Shown piece after piece: positions 43,698 through 54,578 of a stretch of DNA of 64,000 nucleotides (its first letter is position 1; every line of letters begins with the position of its first letter). The translations under genes were made by a program, and so were the position numbers. Below the pieces are notes generated by a model. It was given only the letters and a program-made list of their open reading frames with translations, made no database searches and was not told the DNA's origin. The stretch spans positions 1,888,001-1,952,000 of the forward strand of contig CP181291.1 in assembly GCA_052279835.1 (NCBI GenBank). Direction: 5' to 3'. This stretch comes from Microcoleus sp. (lineage in GTDB: Bacteria > Cyanobacteriota > Cyanobacteriia > Cyanobacteriales > Microcoleaceae).

Positions 43698-46319
43698 TTA
43701 CCAAGGACTACCAATCATTGTGAAAGCCGCCCAATAATAGGGATGAGCCAGATTGCGATCGCCAATATTTGCCAATGGCGCAGGAAGCGACGTACCACCC
43801 CTAGTTCCCTGAGCCAAGGATACAGCAGACAATCCCCGCAATACCCCCTGCTCAATACGGACATCACCCCTCAGCATCGCAATCTGTGCTTGTCTGAGGG
43901 CTTCTGCTTTAATTGGAGCTGTTTTCAATTGCTGATAAAACTCACTCATCAAAGCCAAAGTACCTTCATCTGAAACATACCACAAACTTGCCAAAGCTGA
44001 CTTAACTCCCGCTTGAAATGCCAAACCCGCAAAACCCAATTCCGTTTGTTCATCTCCCAAGGCGGTGCGACAAGCAGAAAGCACCAATAACTCGACTGGC
44101 GGATTATTCCATCCTAACTGCCGCAGTTGATTTAATTGCAACTTCGAGTCCCAAAGTTGAATAAAAGAATCGCTGGCTGCACCGGGTTGAAATTCGCCGT
44201 GAGTCGCTAAATGAATAATTTGATAAGGCTTTTGATTGCGTTGGGATTGCAAATTTTTTAGGGTAAATTGCTCGTTTAAAAAAGATTTACCAGGCCACAA
44301 ATCTGCAATATTCGCTAATTCCACAGGGACTGCTGGCAGGGGAGATAGCTTAGTAAATTGAGCGGCTCCCATGGCCAAAACAGAAGCATTTTTCAGCGAT
44401 TGATAGCGAGTATCCGTGAGGGAAAGTGTGGGAATCTGACTGAGGGAATATTTTTCGACTAAGAACTGTTTTCCGTCGTAAAGAGCAGCCAAAGGGAGAC
44501 TTCGCAAACCTGTATCCAGGGAAAACAGCAGCGTATTAATGCCTTGAGTTTGCAAATCAGTTTCTAAAGGTGCAATTAGCCAATCGTAAATTTTCCGAGC
44601 CGACTTTTTGTAGCTGGTAGTGTTCCGCTTCTGAGGATTGGATATTTCTTGTCTGAATTCTTTGGCTAATGTTAGCATGGTTTGGCGATCGGCTTCAGGG
44701 ACTGTTTTTCGCAGTGCCGAACCATCGGGCATGAATAGGAGCAATTCTAAGCGATCGGCAAATAGATTAACATAAATAATTGCCGATCGCTTTCCGGTTT
44801 CAGAGGCAATTTTCCCCAAGCTTTCCCGCAGATTTTCGGCCCCCATTGATTGATGAGTCAGACTATCGCCAAAATAAGCCACATATCGCTCGGCACGATT
44901 TTGCTCGATAGACAATAAGTAATTGATGTTAGAAATAGCAGCAAGATTCCCCGGAGGATTTGCCCCCCTGATGGGAATTTCCATTTTGCTAGCCGGAATA
45001 TTAGCCTTCGAGCCTGGAGGTGGCATAGTGTTATTGCCTGGTTTTGGTAGCGGCGGATTACCACCAATTCCAGGACTAGCAAATAACTGTATATTATTAG
45101 GTGGTGGCGGTGGTGGACTGTTAAGATTAATTGGTCTATTAATATTAGAGTCGCGGTTAATATTATTAAACAAAGCAACTTGGGGAGGTGCTCCCGGCGG
45201 TGGCAAGTTGTCCACTTTCAGGATTGTACTAGCACCACCCAAACTTGGAGGTAGGGAATTTCCAGAAACATTAATGTTGGGATTGACCAAAATGCGATCG
45301 CCCCCCACAGGCATTATACTCACCTTACTATCATTGGGCAACCCATTGAAATTCCCAATATTGGGCAATATTATAGGTATTTTAAGTGCCTCTAGGTTAT
45401 TTTGTGGCAAACCAATGGCCGGAATATTTCTGATATTAGCATCCGTCAACTCTACAGTGCCGTCACGATTAATATTAACCCCTGTCGCATTAGTTTTGTC
45501 ACTTCTACCAGTCAGCAATTCAGGCAGACTTGCCACCGACTTTACGTTGTTATCATCTTTTCCCGGATTAGTATCGGGATTCAACCCATCTATACTTACT
45601 TCTAAACTCAGTAAATGTCCCATTTGAAAGATACGAACCACACTTTGATTCGGTACTGAAACAATGTTAATTTTACCTCCTGATGCCGACAATTCACCTG
45701 TATTAATGACATTGCCACCCAGCAAAGTTAAACTTTCCCCCGGATTCACCGCCAAATTTCCACGATTAACAATATTTGCAGGTTCGATTGCTGAAAAAAT
45801 AAAATTGCTGGGAGTTCCTACCAAATTAGCATAATTATTAGAGCCGATCGCCCTAAACGCATTTTCCCCAAAACCAATGCTGTTAGCTGTAGTAGCAGTA
45901 AAGGATGCAGGCACATTGAGCTGAGCATTAGCACCAAAAACAATCCCCGCAGGATTCATCAAAAATAAATTGGAATTCCCCCCCGTTACTTGAATCAAAC
46001 CATTAATGACTGAAGCATCTCCCCCCACTATTCGCGCTAAAATATTTTGAATAGCTGGATTAGATAAAAAATTAGCAGTTTGAGTTTCCGTCAATCCGAA
46101 TTGCTGAAAACTGTGGAAAAGATTAGCCCCATCTCCAGACAATTTACCACCGCCGATATCCATGCGATTTCCTTGGGTGTTGACGGTAGTACCCGTGCCG
46201 TCATTGGCGGGAGTAATAGATTGTCCAAAAGCGCTATTTTCCGTGGATAAAAAACAAATTGATAAAATTAAAAACAGCTTTTTTAGTTGAGATTTTCCGG
46301 TTTGGTGCAGTAAATTCAT
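43698..46319 (-). CDS. Filamentous haemagglutinin (TPS) N-terminal domain plus CHAT (caspase-like) domain protein
   Basis: Signal peptide, NLFHSF..F, NPAGIVFG, Pro-rich linker, IIHLATHG and VLSAC dyad, HPYYWA.F..IG.PW end; ATG at 46319. Confidence 0.92.
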   Translation of the reverse strand: MNLLHQTGKSQLKKLFLILSICFLSTENSAFGQSITPANDGTGTTVNTQGNRMDIGGGKLSGDGANLFHSFQQFGLTETQTANFLSNPAIQNILARIVGGDASVINGLIQVTGGNSNLFLMNPAGIVFGANAQLNVPASFTATTANSIGFGENAFRAIGSNNYANLVGTPSNFIFSAIEPANIVNRGNLAVNPGESLTLLGGNVINTGELSASGGKINIVSVPNQSVVRIFQMGHLLSLEVSIDGLNPDTNPGKDDNNVKSVASLPELLTGRSDKTNATGVNINRDGTVELTDANIRNIPAIGLPQNNLEALKIPIILPNIGNFNGLPNDSKVSIMPVGGDRILVNPNINVSGNSLPPSLGGASTILKVDNLPPPGAPPQVALFNNINRDSNINRPINLNSPPPPPPNNIQLFASPGIGGNPPLPKPGNNTMPPPGSKANIPASKMEIPIRGANPPGNLAAISNINYLLSIEQNRAERYVAYFGDSLTHQSMGAENLRESLGKIASETGKRSAIIYVNLFADRLELLLFMPDGSALRKTVPEADRQTMLTLAKEFRQEISNPQKRNTTSYKKSARKIYDWLIAPLETDLQTQGINTLLFSLDTGLRSLPLAALYDGKQFLVEKYSLSQIPTLSLTDTRYQSLKNASVLAMGAAQFTKLSPLPAVPVELANIADLWPGKSFLNEQFTLKNLQSQRNQKPYQIIHLATHGEFQPGAASDSFIQLWDSKLQLNQLRQLGWNNPPVELLVLSACRTALGDEQTELGFAGLAFQAGVKSALASLWYVSDEGTLALMSEFYQQLKTAPIKAEALRQAQIAMLRGDVRIEQGVLRGLSAVSLAQGTRGGTSLPAPLANIGDRNLAHPYYWAAFTMIGSPW

Positions 46320-46786
46320 TATCCAGAACCTTCTACGACTAAACAAACATTTCCAGGCATCCACTCGTTGACTAATTTAGAGATAGTCTCAGCGAGCTCG
46401 AAGTCTTGTCGTGTCAACCCCCCTGCATCGTGAGTTGTCAGACTAATTGTAACGCGGTTATAGCTAATTAAAATATCTGGATGGTGGGCGGCTTTTTCTG
46501 CGGGTGAAATCAGGCAATTGACAAAACTAACAGCGTGGACAAAATTTTTAAACTCGTGGGTATATTTAATAGTTTGACCGTCTCTCTTCCAGTTGGGCAA
46601 AGCTTGCAAGCGCTGGGAAATTTCTGATTCAGTCAAGGGTTTTACCTTGCTATTTTCTGCGGTTTGTGCTAAGTATTTACCAATCATCGACTCGCCCACA
46701 ACGGTGGCCATTGTTGGTGATATTCCGATTGTTGCCAGGGCGAAACTAATGCAGAACAGAAAAGTCCTCACTACAAACCTATTCAT
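46319..46786 (-). CDS. Pterin-4-alpha-carbinolamine dehydratase-fold protein with an N-terminal signal peptide
   Basis: AE...HHPDI...YN.V...L.THD.GGLT..DF.LA, preceded by a hydrophobic signal-like segment. Confidence 0.85.
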   Translation of the reverse strand: MNRFVVRTFLFCISFALATIGISPTMATVVGESMIGKYLAQTAENSKVKPLTESEISQRLQALPNWKRDGQTIKYTHEFKNFVHAVSFVNCLISPAEKAAHHPDILISYNRVTISLTTHDAGGLTRQDFELAETISKLVNEWMPGNVCLVVEGSG

Positions 46787-46790
46787 ATTT

Positions 46791-47438
46791 TTATTGCCTA
46801 ACTTCTTCAAAAAACCAGCTACCTACCTCTGTATGGTCTGTCTGGCGGCTGCGTCGCAAGCCTTCTTCCATTAAAGCAAATTTTAGCCCCGGTAAAACTT
46901 CTGATTCTATTAGGCGCGCGCTTCCCCGGTTAGCAATTATTTTAAAAGCAATAATTTGGGTTTTTTGTACGTCTACCACCCAATATTCAGAAACTCCTAA
47001 TTCTTCATAAAGCATTCTTTTGGTTCCCAAGTCGTCCAGCAGAGAGCTATCCGCAATTTCGATCGCCAAATCTGGTGCAACTGCGCTATCCAAATTCACG
47101 ACTGAACTCCCGCGAGGTGTAGATTCTACCCGTTCTCCGATGTAGTAAGAAGCGTCTGGTTGAGCTTCTCTGACATCGGTTTTGCGGTAGCTACAGTTAA
47201 CCAGTAGTCTCATTTTTATACCTTTAGCCATCCCAAATAGATTGATTAAGATGACGATGATTCCATTGTCATCAGCATGATCCGGCCCTACTGCTGCCAT
47301 TTCAATTTTCAACTGTCCATTGTAGTAATAACATTTTACTTGTTTGTACTGCGGCTGCTTTAGGATTTCTATATATTCATCCCAAGTCGCTGTAACCCAG
47401 CTATCAGTTATAAATTTTGTTTGTAGTTGATTCATCAT
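46791..47438 (-). CDS. Uma2 (DUF820) family endonuclease-fold protein
   Basis: QPD.SYY, PDLAIEI..SS...D...KR.LY..LGV.EYWVVD. Confidence 0.9.
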   Translation of the reverse strand: MMNQLQTKFITDSWVTATWDEYIEILKQPQYKQVKCYYYNGQLKIEMAAVGPDHADDNGIIVILINLFGMAKGIKMRLLVNCSYRKTDVREAQPDASYYIGERVESTPRGSSVVNLDSAVAPDLAIEIADSSLLDDLGTKRMLYEELGVSEYWVVDVQKTQIIAFKIIANRGSARLIESEVLPGLKFALMEEGLRRSRQTDHTEVGSWFFEEVRQ

Positions 47439-47483
47439 TACCTCAGCGAAAAAAATCTTTGAGTTGTGACAGAAGACTTGTAA

Positions 47484-47585
47484 TATCAAATCCGTTGACA
47501 TCGGAATTATGATTTCTCTCTTATCTTTCTCTGTGTCCTCTGTGTTCTCTGTGGTTTAATCATTCCGATACAACAGGAAACGATA
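47484..47585. mobile_element. MITE (TATCAA.TCCG.TTG family) with TAA duplication
   Basis: TAA|TATCAAATCCGTTG ... CAACAGGAAACGATA|TAA. Confidence 0.75.
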
Positions 47586-47670
47586 TAACAAGCGCCATCG
47601 AGGTACAGCAAGAGTGACATTGGTTCCCAGGAAGAGCCTGGGAACCAGTTACCCTCAGAACAATTAACCT

Positions 47671-50364
47671 TTACTCTTCTGTCGCTTCCTCAGATTCCGA
47701 ATCTTCGATCGACTCTTCACCCGCAGGCGGCACTAAAGCCACAGCGACGATCGAATCATCGTCATCTAAGCGCTGCACCCGCACTCCCGTTGCGGTTCGA
47801 GATTGTGTGGAAATTGCACTCACCGCCTGACGGATGATAATTCCTCGGTTGGTAATAATCATCAACTCATCAGTTTCGTTAACAATTCGCAGTGCCGCTA
47901 CCCGATCCTTAGCCTTTTTGGACTTAAATTTAGTAGCAGTCAATCCTTTCCCAGCACGTCTTTGGAGGCGGAATTGAGAAACAGGAACCCGCTTCCCATA
48001 ACCATTGGTAGTAATTACCAAAACTGATGGAACTAGGCTGTTATCTGTGGGAATTTCTTCGAGGATTTCGCCTTCTGTTTCATCAGTTTGCTGTTCTAAC
48101 TCTTCCTCTTCCACTTCCGCCACATTCGCCTCTTCAAATTCCGATTCTTCAGTGTCTAATTGAGCAATATTTACCCCCTCAAATTCTGATTCTTCGGTTT
48201 CCAATTCCGCAATTTCAGCAACAATTGAACTTGGCAAAATGTCCATGCTAATCAACTCATCGCCCGATCGCAATTTCATTGATTTCACACCCCTAGTAGC
48301 GCGCCCAGTAGGTCGCAACTGTTCGTGATTGGTGCGGAAATGAATTGCCATGCCTTGCCGCGTGCCGATGATAATGCTGTCACCAACTTTTGCTCTCCGT
48401 ACCCACCGCAGTTGGTCGCCTTCTTCTAGAGAAATAGCGATTAAACCGTTTGTTCGGATATTGGCAAAAGCGGAAAGGGCAGTTTTTTTGATGTAGCCAC
48501 TGCGAGTTAGCATTACCAAGTATTCCTCGGTACTGAATTCTGTTACAGACACCATAGAAGTGATTTTTTCTTCCATGGGAATCGGCAGTAGTTGTAGCAC
48601 GGGCATTCCGCGCGCTGTCCGAGAACTGACGGGGATTTGATAAGCTTTGACAGAGTAAACTACGCCTCTGTCACTGAAGAACAAAACGCTGTCGTGATCG
48701 CAACAGGAAAGGAAATGTTCTACTCCGTCATCTTCTTTCATTTTCGTGCCTGCTTTGCCACGAGTAGCGCGACTTTGGGCCTCGAAAGTGCTGACGGGCA
48801 TCCGTTTGATGTAGCCTTGTTCGGTGATCAGAATGATTGCTTGTTCGTTAGCAATGAGATCTCTTTCATCGATTTCTCCTTCGGCGTGTTCGATGACTGT
48901 GCGCCGTGGAGTGGCTATTTTGGTTTTGATTTCGACTGCTTCGACTTCGGCGATTTCTAGAATCCGTTCCCGTCTTGCTAGAATATCTTCCAAGTCAGAA
49001 ATTTTCGCCCGCAGTTCTTCATGTTCTTGTTGAATCTTTTGCGCTTCTAAGGCTGTCAAACGTCGCAGTTGCATTTGCAAGATGGCGTCGGATTGCTGCT
49101 CGGAAAGACCGTAGTTATCAATCAATTCTTGTTTCGCTGCGGCCGAGTCAGGAGCGCGACGAATTAGCTGAATAATGCCATCTAAGTTTTCGAGAGCTAT
49201 TAATAAGCCTTGCAGGAGATGGTCGCGTTCTTCTGCTTTACGGAGTTCGTATTGAGTCCGGCGAGTAATGGTCTCAATGCGGAAGTCTAGGAAGACATTC
49301 AGAAATTGGGAGAGCGAAAGTAGTTGGGGTTCCCCATTTACTAGCGCTAACATATTGGCTCCAAAATTGGATTGGAGTGGTGTTTGTTTGTAGAGGTTGT
49401 TGAGGACTACACGGGGATAGGCATCGCGTTTTAGTTCGATGACAATCCGCATTCCGTCTCTGTCGCTTTCGTCGCGAATGTCGGAAATTCCCTCTAATCT
49501 TTTGTCGTTTACCAGTTCGGCAATTTTCTCAATTAATGCTGCCTTGTTTGTTTGGTAAGGCAGTTCGGTGATAATAATTGCTTCTTTGTCTGGGCGGCCG
49601 ACGTGTTCGATGGTTTCAATGCTGGCGACTCCCCGCATGGTGATGGAACCGCGCCCAGTGGTGTAGGCTTCCCGAATGGTGGCTTTCCCTAAAATTTGGC
49701 CTCCGGTGGGAAAGTCCGGGCCGGGGATGTATTGCATCAATTCCAGGTCGGTAATTTCTGGATTGTGAATCAGGGCTACTAAACCGTCAATGATTTCGCC
49801 TAAGTTGTGTGGCGGAATGTTGGTAGCCATTCCCACAGCGATTCCCGATGAACCGTTGAGCAAAATTTGGGGAATCCGGGCTGGGAGTACCAGGGGTTCT
49901 TGCTGGGAACCGTCGAAGTTGTCCCCGAAATCCACTGTTTCGCAGTCAATATCGCGCAGCATGGCGTCGTGAGTCAGCGCGGTGAGGCGACACTCGGTGT
50001 AACGCATGGCTGCGGCGGGGTCGTTGTCTACCGATCCGAAATTGCCGTGGCCGTTGATTAGGCGTTCCCGCATGGAGAAATCTTGAGCCATCCGCACCAA
50101 GGCGTCATAAACTGCGGTGTCTCCGTGGGGGTGATACTTACCCAGCACCTCCCCCACGACGCGGGCGCACTTGCGGAAGGGTCGATCGGGTGTCAAGCCC
50201 AATTCGTTCATGGCGTAGAGAATGCGTCGGTGAACGGGCTTGAGACCGTCCCTAGCATCTGGTAGTGCCCGACCGACAATTACGCTCATGGCGTATTCCA
50301 AGTACGATCGGGACATCTCATTACCCAGATCCGTCGGGATTATCCGCGACTCAGAGGTGCTCAT
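47671..50364 (-). CDS. gyrA: DNA gyrase subunit A
   Basis: YHPHGD, AAMRYTE catalytic Tyr and GyrA-box-like Q.RATRGK in the C-terminal domain. Confidence 0.97.
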   Translation of the reverse strand: MSTSESRIIPTDLGNEMSRSYLEYAMSVIVGRALPDARDGLKPVHRRILYAMNELGLTPDRPFRKCARVVGEVLGKYHPHGDTAVYDALVRMAQDFSMRERLINGHGNFGSVDNDPAAAMRYTECRLTALTHDAMLRDIDCETVDFGDNFDGSQQEPLVLPARIPQILLNGSSGIAVGMATNIPPHNLGEIIDGLVALIHNPEITDLELMQYIPGPDFPTGGQILGKATIREAYTTGRGSITMRGVASIETIEHVGRPDKEAIIITELPYQTNKAALIEKIAELVNDKRLEGISDIRDESDRDGMRIVIELKRDAYPRVVLNNLYKQTPLQSNFGANMLALVNGEPQLLSLSQFLNVFLDFRIETITRRTQYELRKAEERDHLLQGLLIALENLDGIIQLIRRAPDSAAAKQELIDNYGLSEQQSDAILQMQLRRLTALEAQKIQQEHEELRAKISDLEDILARRERILEIAEVEAVEIKTKIATPRRTVIEHAEGEIDERDLIANEQAIILITEQGYIKRMPVSTFEAQSRATRGKAGTKMKEDDGVEHFLSCCDHDSVLFFSDRGVVYSVKAYQIPVSSRTARGMPVLQLLPIPMEEKITSMVSVTEFSTEEYLVMLTRSGYIKKTALSAFANIRTNGLIAISLEEGDQLRWVRRAKVGDSIIIGTRQGMAIHFRTNHEQLRPTGRATRGVKSMKLRSGDELISMDILPSSIVAEIAELETEESEFEGVNIAQLDTEESEFEEANVAEVEEEELEQQTDETEGEILEEIPTDNSLVPSVLVITTNGYGKRVPVSQFRLQRRAGKGLTATKFKSKKAKDRVAALRIVNETDELMIITNRGIIIRQAVSAISTQSRTATGVRVQRLDDDDSIVAVALVPPAGEESIEDSESEEATEE

Positions 50365-50619
50365 AGGTTAAATAACTCCGTTAAAAATTTTAATTTGACC
50401 GCTATAAATCCAAAAAATGCGATAAAATCGGTTTGGATTCAGTAGAGTTGCCAAATAGTGCAAATTACTATTGAAATTATATCACAATTAGCCTTAGAGA
50501 ATATGGGAAAATAGCCAGAAAAATTAAGAGAATTGTTGTTTAATAAAAGTGGCTGCTTTGTGAAAACGAAAAAATAGTCTAAAATCTGAAATCTCAAATC
50601 AAAAACCAAAAATCTGCTG

Positions 50620-51543
50620 ATGCTACCCGTCATCTATTCCGACGATTTTTTACTGCACAAGACTGGAATGCTTCACCCAGAGCGACCAGAACGTTTAACG
50701 GCGATCGTCAATGCTCTGAAAGCGGCTCCCTGGGCGGCTCAAATTGAATGGCAACTGCCCACGCCAGTCTCCGACCACGAGCAGAAATTGTTATCGGAGA
50801 TCAGAAAAGTTCACGCCCTAGGATACATGAGGGAAGTGGAACATCTGGCTCATCGTGGAGGCGGCTACCTCGATGGAGATACGCCGATTTCTGCGGAAAG
50901 TTACGATGTGGCGATGCTGGCTGTGAGTGCTTGGCTGGATGGGATCGATCGAGTGTGGGCTGGGGGCGAACCGACTTTTGTCCTGGCCAGGCCACCTGGA
51001 CACCATGCTGAGAGAGACCGGGCCATGGGATTTTGCTTGTTTTCCAATGCTGCGATCGCCGCGAATTACGCCCTCAAACAGGAGGGAATTAACCGCGTCG
51101 CCATCCTCGACTGGGACGTACACCACGGTAACGGCACTCAATCTTTGGTGGAAAACTGCCGACAAATTGCCTACTGTTCCCTCCATCAATCTCCATGCTA
51201 TCCGGGAACCGGAGAAGCGGATGAGCGCGGGGGCTACGACAACGTACTGAATATTCCCCTGTATCCCGGTGGCGGCATGGGGGAATACCTTGCGGCTTTT
51301 GAATCTCAAGTTATACCGTTTTTGTCAAAATTTGAGCCGGATTTGTTGATTGTCAGCGCTGGCTACGACGCGACTGCGGCCGATCCCTTGGCAAGTATGA
51401 ACCTGACACCCTCAGACTATGCGACTTTCACGGGATATTGTCTGCAACTGACCAGACGTATCCTCTTTGGTTTGGAAGGAGGTTACGCCCTGAAGGATTT
51501 GGCTGAGTCGGTAGTTGCTACCATGGAGCGATGTCTTCATTAG
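50620..51543 (+). CDS. Histone deacetylase family protein
   Basis: HPE.PERL, RPPGHHA, GFC.F.N, D.DVHHGNG, SAG.D and LEGGY motifs. Confidence 0.93.
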   Translation: MLPVIYSDDFLLHKTGMLHPERPERLTAIVNALKAAPWAAQIEWQLPTPVSDHEQKLLSEIRKVHALGYMREVEHLAHRGGGYLDGDTPISAESYDVAMLAVSAWLDGIDRVWAGGEPTFVLARPPGHHAERDRAMGFCLFSNAAIAANYALKQEGINRVAILDWDVHHGNGTQSLVENCRQIAYCSLHQSPCYPGTGEADERGGYDNVLNIPLYPGGGMGEYLAAFESQVIPFLSKFEPDLLIVSAGYDATAADPLASMNLTPSDYATFTGYCLQLTRRILFGLEGGYALKDLAESVVATMERCLH

Positions 51544-51856
51544 CCGGAAAATCCGATGTCTGGAACATCAGGTTAAGCACCCTTAGAGACTGATGAGAGG
51601 GAGAATTTGCCAGGGGTAAGAACTGCTAAGGAAGAAAGTTTAGAAGCGCGATCGATCCCATTCTCCTCTTCCTTGTTCCCTGTTCTAGGAAAACAGTGAC
51701 CACCATCACCTAATTTCAAGATTCAAGTCACTTAGTGTCAATGTATCGGTCACAGATTATTAGCGCACAAATCACACTTTGTCAATGTTTAGGATCACCT
51801 AAATCTCTAGTCAAACCGACCATAATAGAATTAAACTGAGTATTGGGAATTTTTCC

Positions 51857-52075
51857 ATGCTTAAATCAATTCAAAGCGTTAATACCATGCCAGTATCTCA
51901 AATGACACTCGAAGAGTTGTTTGGTCAAGTGATGTTCTCCAGCGTCGTTACTCGCCACGACCGGAGACAACTCAGATCCGTACTTTTAGAAAGAACGCTC
52001 AACGAAGATGAGTATGCCATCATCAACAGACTCCTCTACAATGTGCGCCGTGGCTGGGTGAAAATTATCGATTAA
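51857..52075 (+). CDS. Small conserved cyanobacterial hypothetical protein
   Basis: L.E.E..I.RLLY.VRRG...I.D C-terminal pattern. Confidence 0.75.
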   Translation: MLKSIQSVNTMPVSQMTLEELFGQVMFSSVVTRHDRRQLRSVLLERTLNEDEYAIINRLLYNVRRGWVKIID

Positions 52076-52685
52076 GTCTTTACGGTCTTACTGTTCGAGC
52101 AGAATTAGACCTAGGAGTCTGCCTAGACTGAAATTTCTGGCATCGCCATCTTTTGTGGAAAAGTTAATTTTTTTGACTTCTCTTTTTGAGATAGGTAGTT
52201 ATGGAGGACAATTGCCCTCGATGACATCAGCCTTAAGATAGAGATTATTTTTAAATAACAGGCAGTGGGTGCATATTTACTTTGATGAGAATTGAAAAAT
52301 TAATATTCTGGGAGTCCATTCATAACTCAAAAAATCATCAGGCTAAAAGAGAATTTTTTCAAAAAAAACACAGTAATCAAAAAATAACGCTACTAGACCA
52401 ACTCCGATCGACTTAACCGAAATTTTCACCAAATCAGCGGTCTAAAACCCAATAAACAGACCCTAAAATAACATAAAAAAAATCTAGCCAAAATTCCCCA
52501 ATTAAAATTTGACAAAGTTGTCAAGAGAAGGCTATTGTGCTAATATGATAGGCAGCGAAAACCGCCTATTTATACCCATGGTTGTTTTTAAAATTTTTTC
52601 AAGGGTTCCAGAGCAAAACATTCGGGCAATTTGAGCGCGGAAGTGTCAAAATATTAAAAAGAAGTTAATCTAATCCCCAAAATAT

Positions 52686-53708
52686 ATGGCTCCCGCCGTT
52701 TTAATTGAAAATCTTCAGAAACGCTACGGCAATGTAGAAGCCGTTAAAGATGTTTCCTTCAAGGTAGAACAGGGGGAAATATTTGGTTTGCTAGGCCCCA
52801 ACGGTGCTGGCAAAACCACCACCCTGCGCGTACTTTGTACTTTGACAGCGCCAGATAGCGGACGTATTGAAGTGTCTGGTATTTCTGTTGTCAGTCAGCC
52901 GAGAATTGCTAGACAGAGACTGGGCTATGTGGCTCAAGAAGTGGCTCTGGATAAGGTATTGACGGGCAGGGAACTCCTGCAACTGCAAGCAGCGCTTTAC
53001 CATTTGCCACGCCATACCATTAAAGGGCGGATTGATAAAATGGTCAAACTCCTCGGTTTGGAGGAGTGGGAAAATAAAAAGACTGGTACTTATTCCGGCG
53101 GGATTCGCAAGCGTTTGGATTTGGCTGCTGGATTGCTACACCAGCCGGATGTTTTGGTGTTGGACGAACCGACTGTCGGGCTCGATATTGAAAGTCGGGT
53201 GGTAGTCTGGGATTTCTTGCGTCGCTTGCGGGAGGAAGGGACTACGGTTTTGATTACGAGTCATTATCTCGAAGAAGTGGATGCTTTAGCCGATCGCGTG
53301 GCGATTATTGACAAAGGGACGGTGATTGCTGAGGGGACACCGGAGGAGTTGAAAAATCGGGTTGGGGGCGATCGGGTGACTTTGCGGATTCGGGAGTTTT
53401 CGCCCATCGAAGAAGCCGAAACAGCCAAAACGGTGATGGAATCTTTGCCTTTTGTGCAGGAAGTAATTGTCAACCAGGCTCAAGGAAATTCTCTGAATTT
53501 AGTAGTAACACCCCACAGCGAGGCGCTGGTGACAATTCAGCAAGCTTTGAAAGATCTGGGATTGCCTATTTTTGGGATTGCTCAATCTCGGCCGAGTTTG
53601 GATGATGTGTATTTGGCGGCGACTGGTAAGACGCTGCTGGATGCGGAGTTGGCTGCTGCGAGTAACCGGGATTTGAAGGCTGAGCAAAAACAGGCGATGC
53701 GATCGTAA
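52686..53708 (+). CDS. ABC-2 type exporter ATP-binding subunit (DrrA-like)
   Basis: GPNGAGKT, YSGG, LDEPT.GLD and C-terminal PSLDDVYL..TG. Confidence 0.93.
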   Translation: MAPAVLIENLQKRYGNVEAVKDVSFKVEQGEIFGLLGPNGAGKTTTLRVLCTLTAPDSGRIEVSGISVVSQPRIARQRLGYVAQEVALDKVLTGRELLQLQAALYHLPRHTIKGRIDKMVKLLGLEEWENKKTGTYSGGIRKRLDLAAGLLHQPDVLVLDEPTVGLDIESRVVVWDFLRRLREEGTTVLITSHYLEEVDALADRVAIIDKGTVIAEGTPEELKNRVGGDRVTLRIREFSPIEEAETAKTVMESLPFVQEVIVNQAQGNSLNLVVTPHSEALVTIQQALKDLGLPIFGIAQSRPSLDDVYLAATGKTLLDAELAAASNRDLKAEQKQAMRS

Positions 53709-53731
53709 ATTAAATATCTCTAAAAAATCCT

Positions 53732-53753
53732 GCCGGTTCAAGACCGGCTTTTT
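53732..53753 (+). terminator. Intrinsic terminator
   Basis: GCCGGT-TCAAG-ACCGGC-TTTTT. Confidence 0.7.
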
Positions 53754-53762
53754 TAGAGATAC

Positions 53763-54401
53763 CTAATGCTCAACAATCACCGACGTTCCCACTTCTACCT
53801 TCTCAAATAAAGCCTGGGCGTCTTTATCAAACATTCTCACACAACCATGAGAAGCCGCCCGCCCGATCGACTCTGGATTAGGAGTACCATGAAAACCAAT
53901 CACATTCTTACCATCAGTCCAAAACCCAATCCACCTACTCCCCAAAGGATTGTCCGCCCCCGCAGGAACAAGTTCCCCAGTCCAAGGATGTTCCCAAACT
54001 GGATCTTTGATCATTTGCAAAACTTTAAAATTGCCCGTAGGAGTTTCCCAGCCACCTTTTCCCACAGCCACGGGGAAGCTGGCTTGCACCTTATTTTCTC
54101 GGTAAACATAGACGCGGCGTTCTCGCAATCTTAGCACCAAGCGCACTTCCTCAATAGGAGTTACCGGAGGTTTTGGTTCCTGGGGAATATACCGAGATGC
54201 TTCTGGCAATGCTGGTAATTCTGGTGTTTCGATATTGGGCAATTTCACCTGGGATGTTGGTGACTCCGAGGCGATCGCACTATGATTAAAATTAGCCCTA
54301 GCTTCTGCAACAGAAAGCGCGACCACACTCAAACTCAACAGAATTAACTTACTCAACAAAGATTTGCTGTTCACCATGTTGTTTTTCGCTAAACTCCTCA
54401 T
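53763..54401 (-). CDS. L,D-transpeptidase (YkuD family)
   Basis: Signal peptide; VAVG...TP.G, NPLG.RW and IGFHGT...IG.A.SHGCVRM. Confidence 0.93.
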   Translation of the reverse strand: MRSLAKNNMVNSKSLLSKLILLSLSVVALSVAEARANFNHSAIASESPTSQVKLPNIETPELPALPEASRYIPQEPKPPVTPIEEVRLVLRLRERRVYVYRENKVQASFPVAVGKGGWETPTGNFKVLQMIKDPVWEHPWTGELVPAGADNPLGSRWIGFWTDGKNVIGFHGTPNPESIGRAASHGCVRMFDKDAQALFEKVEVGTSVIVEH

Positions 54402-54578
54402 CAGCAGTGTCCACGAACTTTAGATCTCAAATTATGCCCAACCAGCTCGATTATAATCTTTTTTGAAATTCTCAAAAATTTACTACCGGGGGGATTAAAC
54501 TGGATTAGGTCTAAAGGTGGGGACTTTCGCACAGCGAAAGCAAACCCAACCCCAAATAGCAATTAATGTGAGGTTTCA

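Noticed and set aside
43342..43704. Short ORFs over the second G/C-run array
   Set aside because: Translations of repeat sequence with no coding signature.
47439..47501. Extended N-terminus of the Uma2 protein from the ORF track
   Set aside because: The upstream ATG falls inside a MITE; the start at 47438/47435 fits the family better.
51695..51710. CRP-like site AGTGA-N6-TCACC
   Set aside because: Two mismatches to consensus and no supporting promoter evidence; expected by chance.
54516..54551. Riboswitch in the hairpin leader of the PVRGLW gene
   Set aside because: A stem-loop is present but I cannot match it to a known riboswitch consensus.
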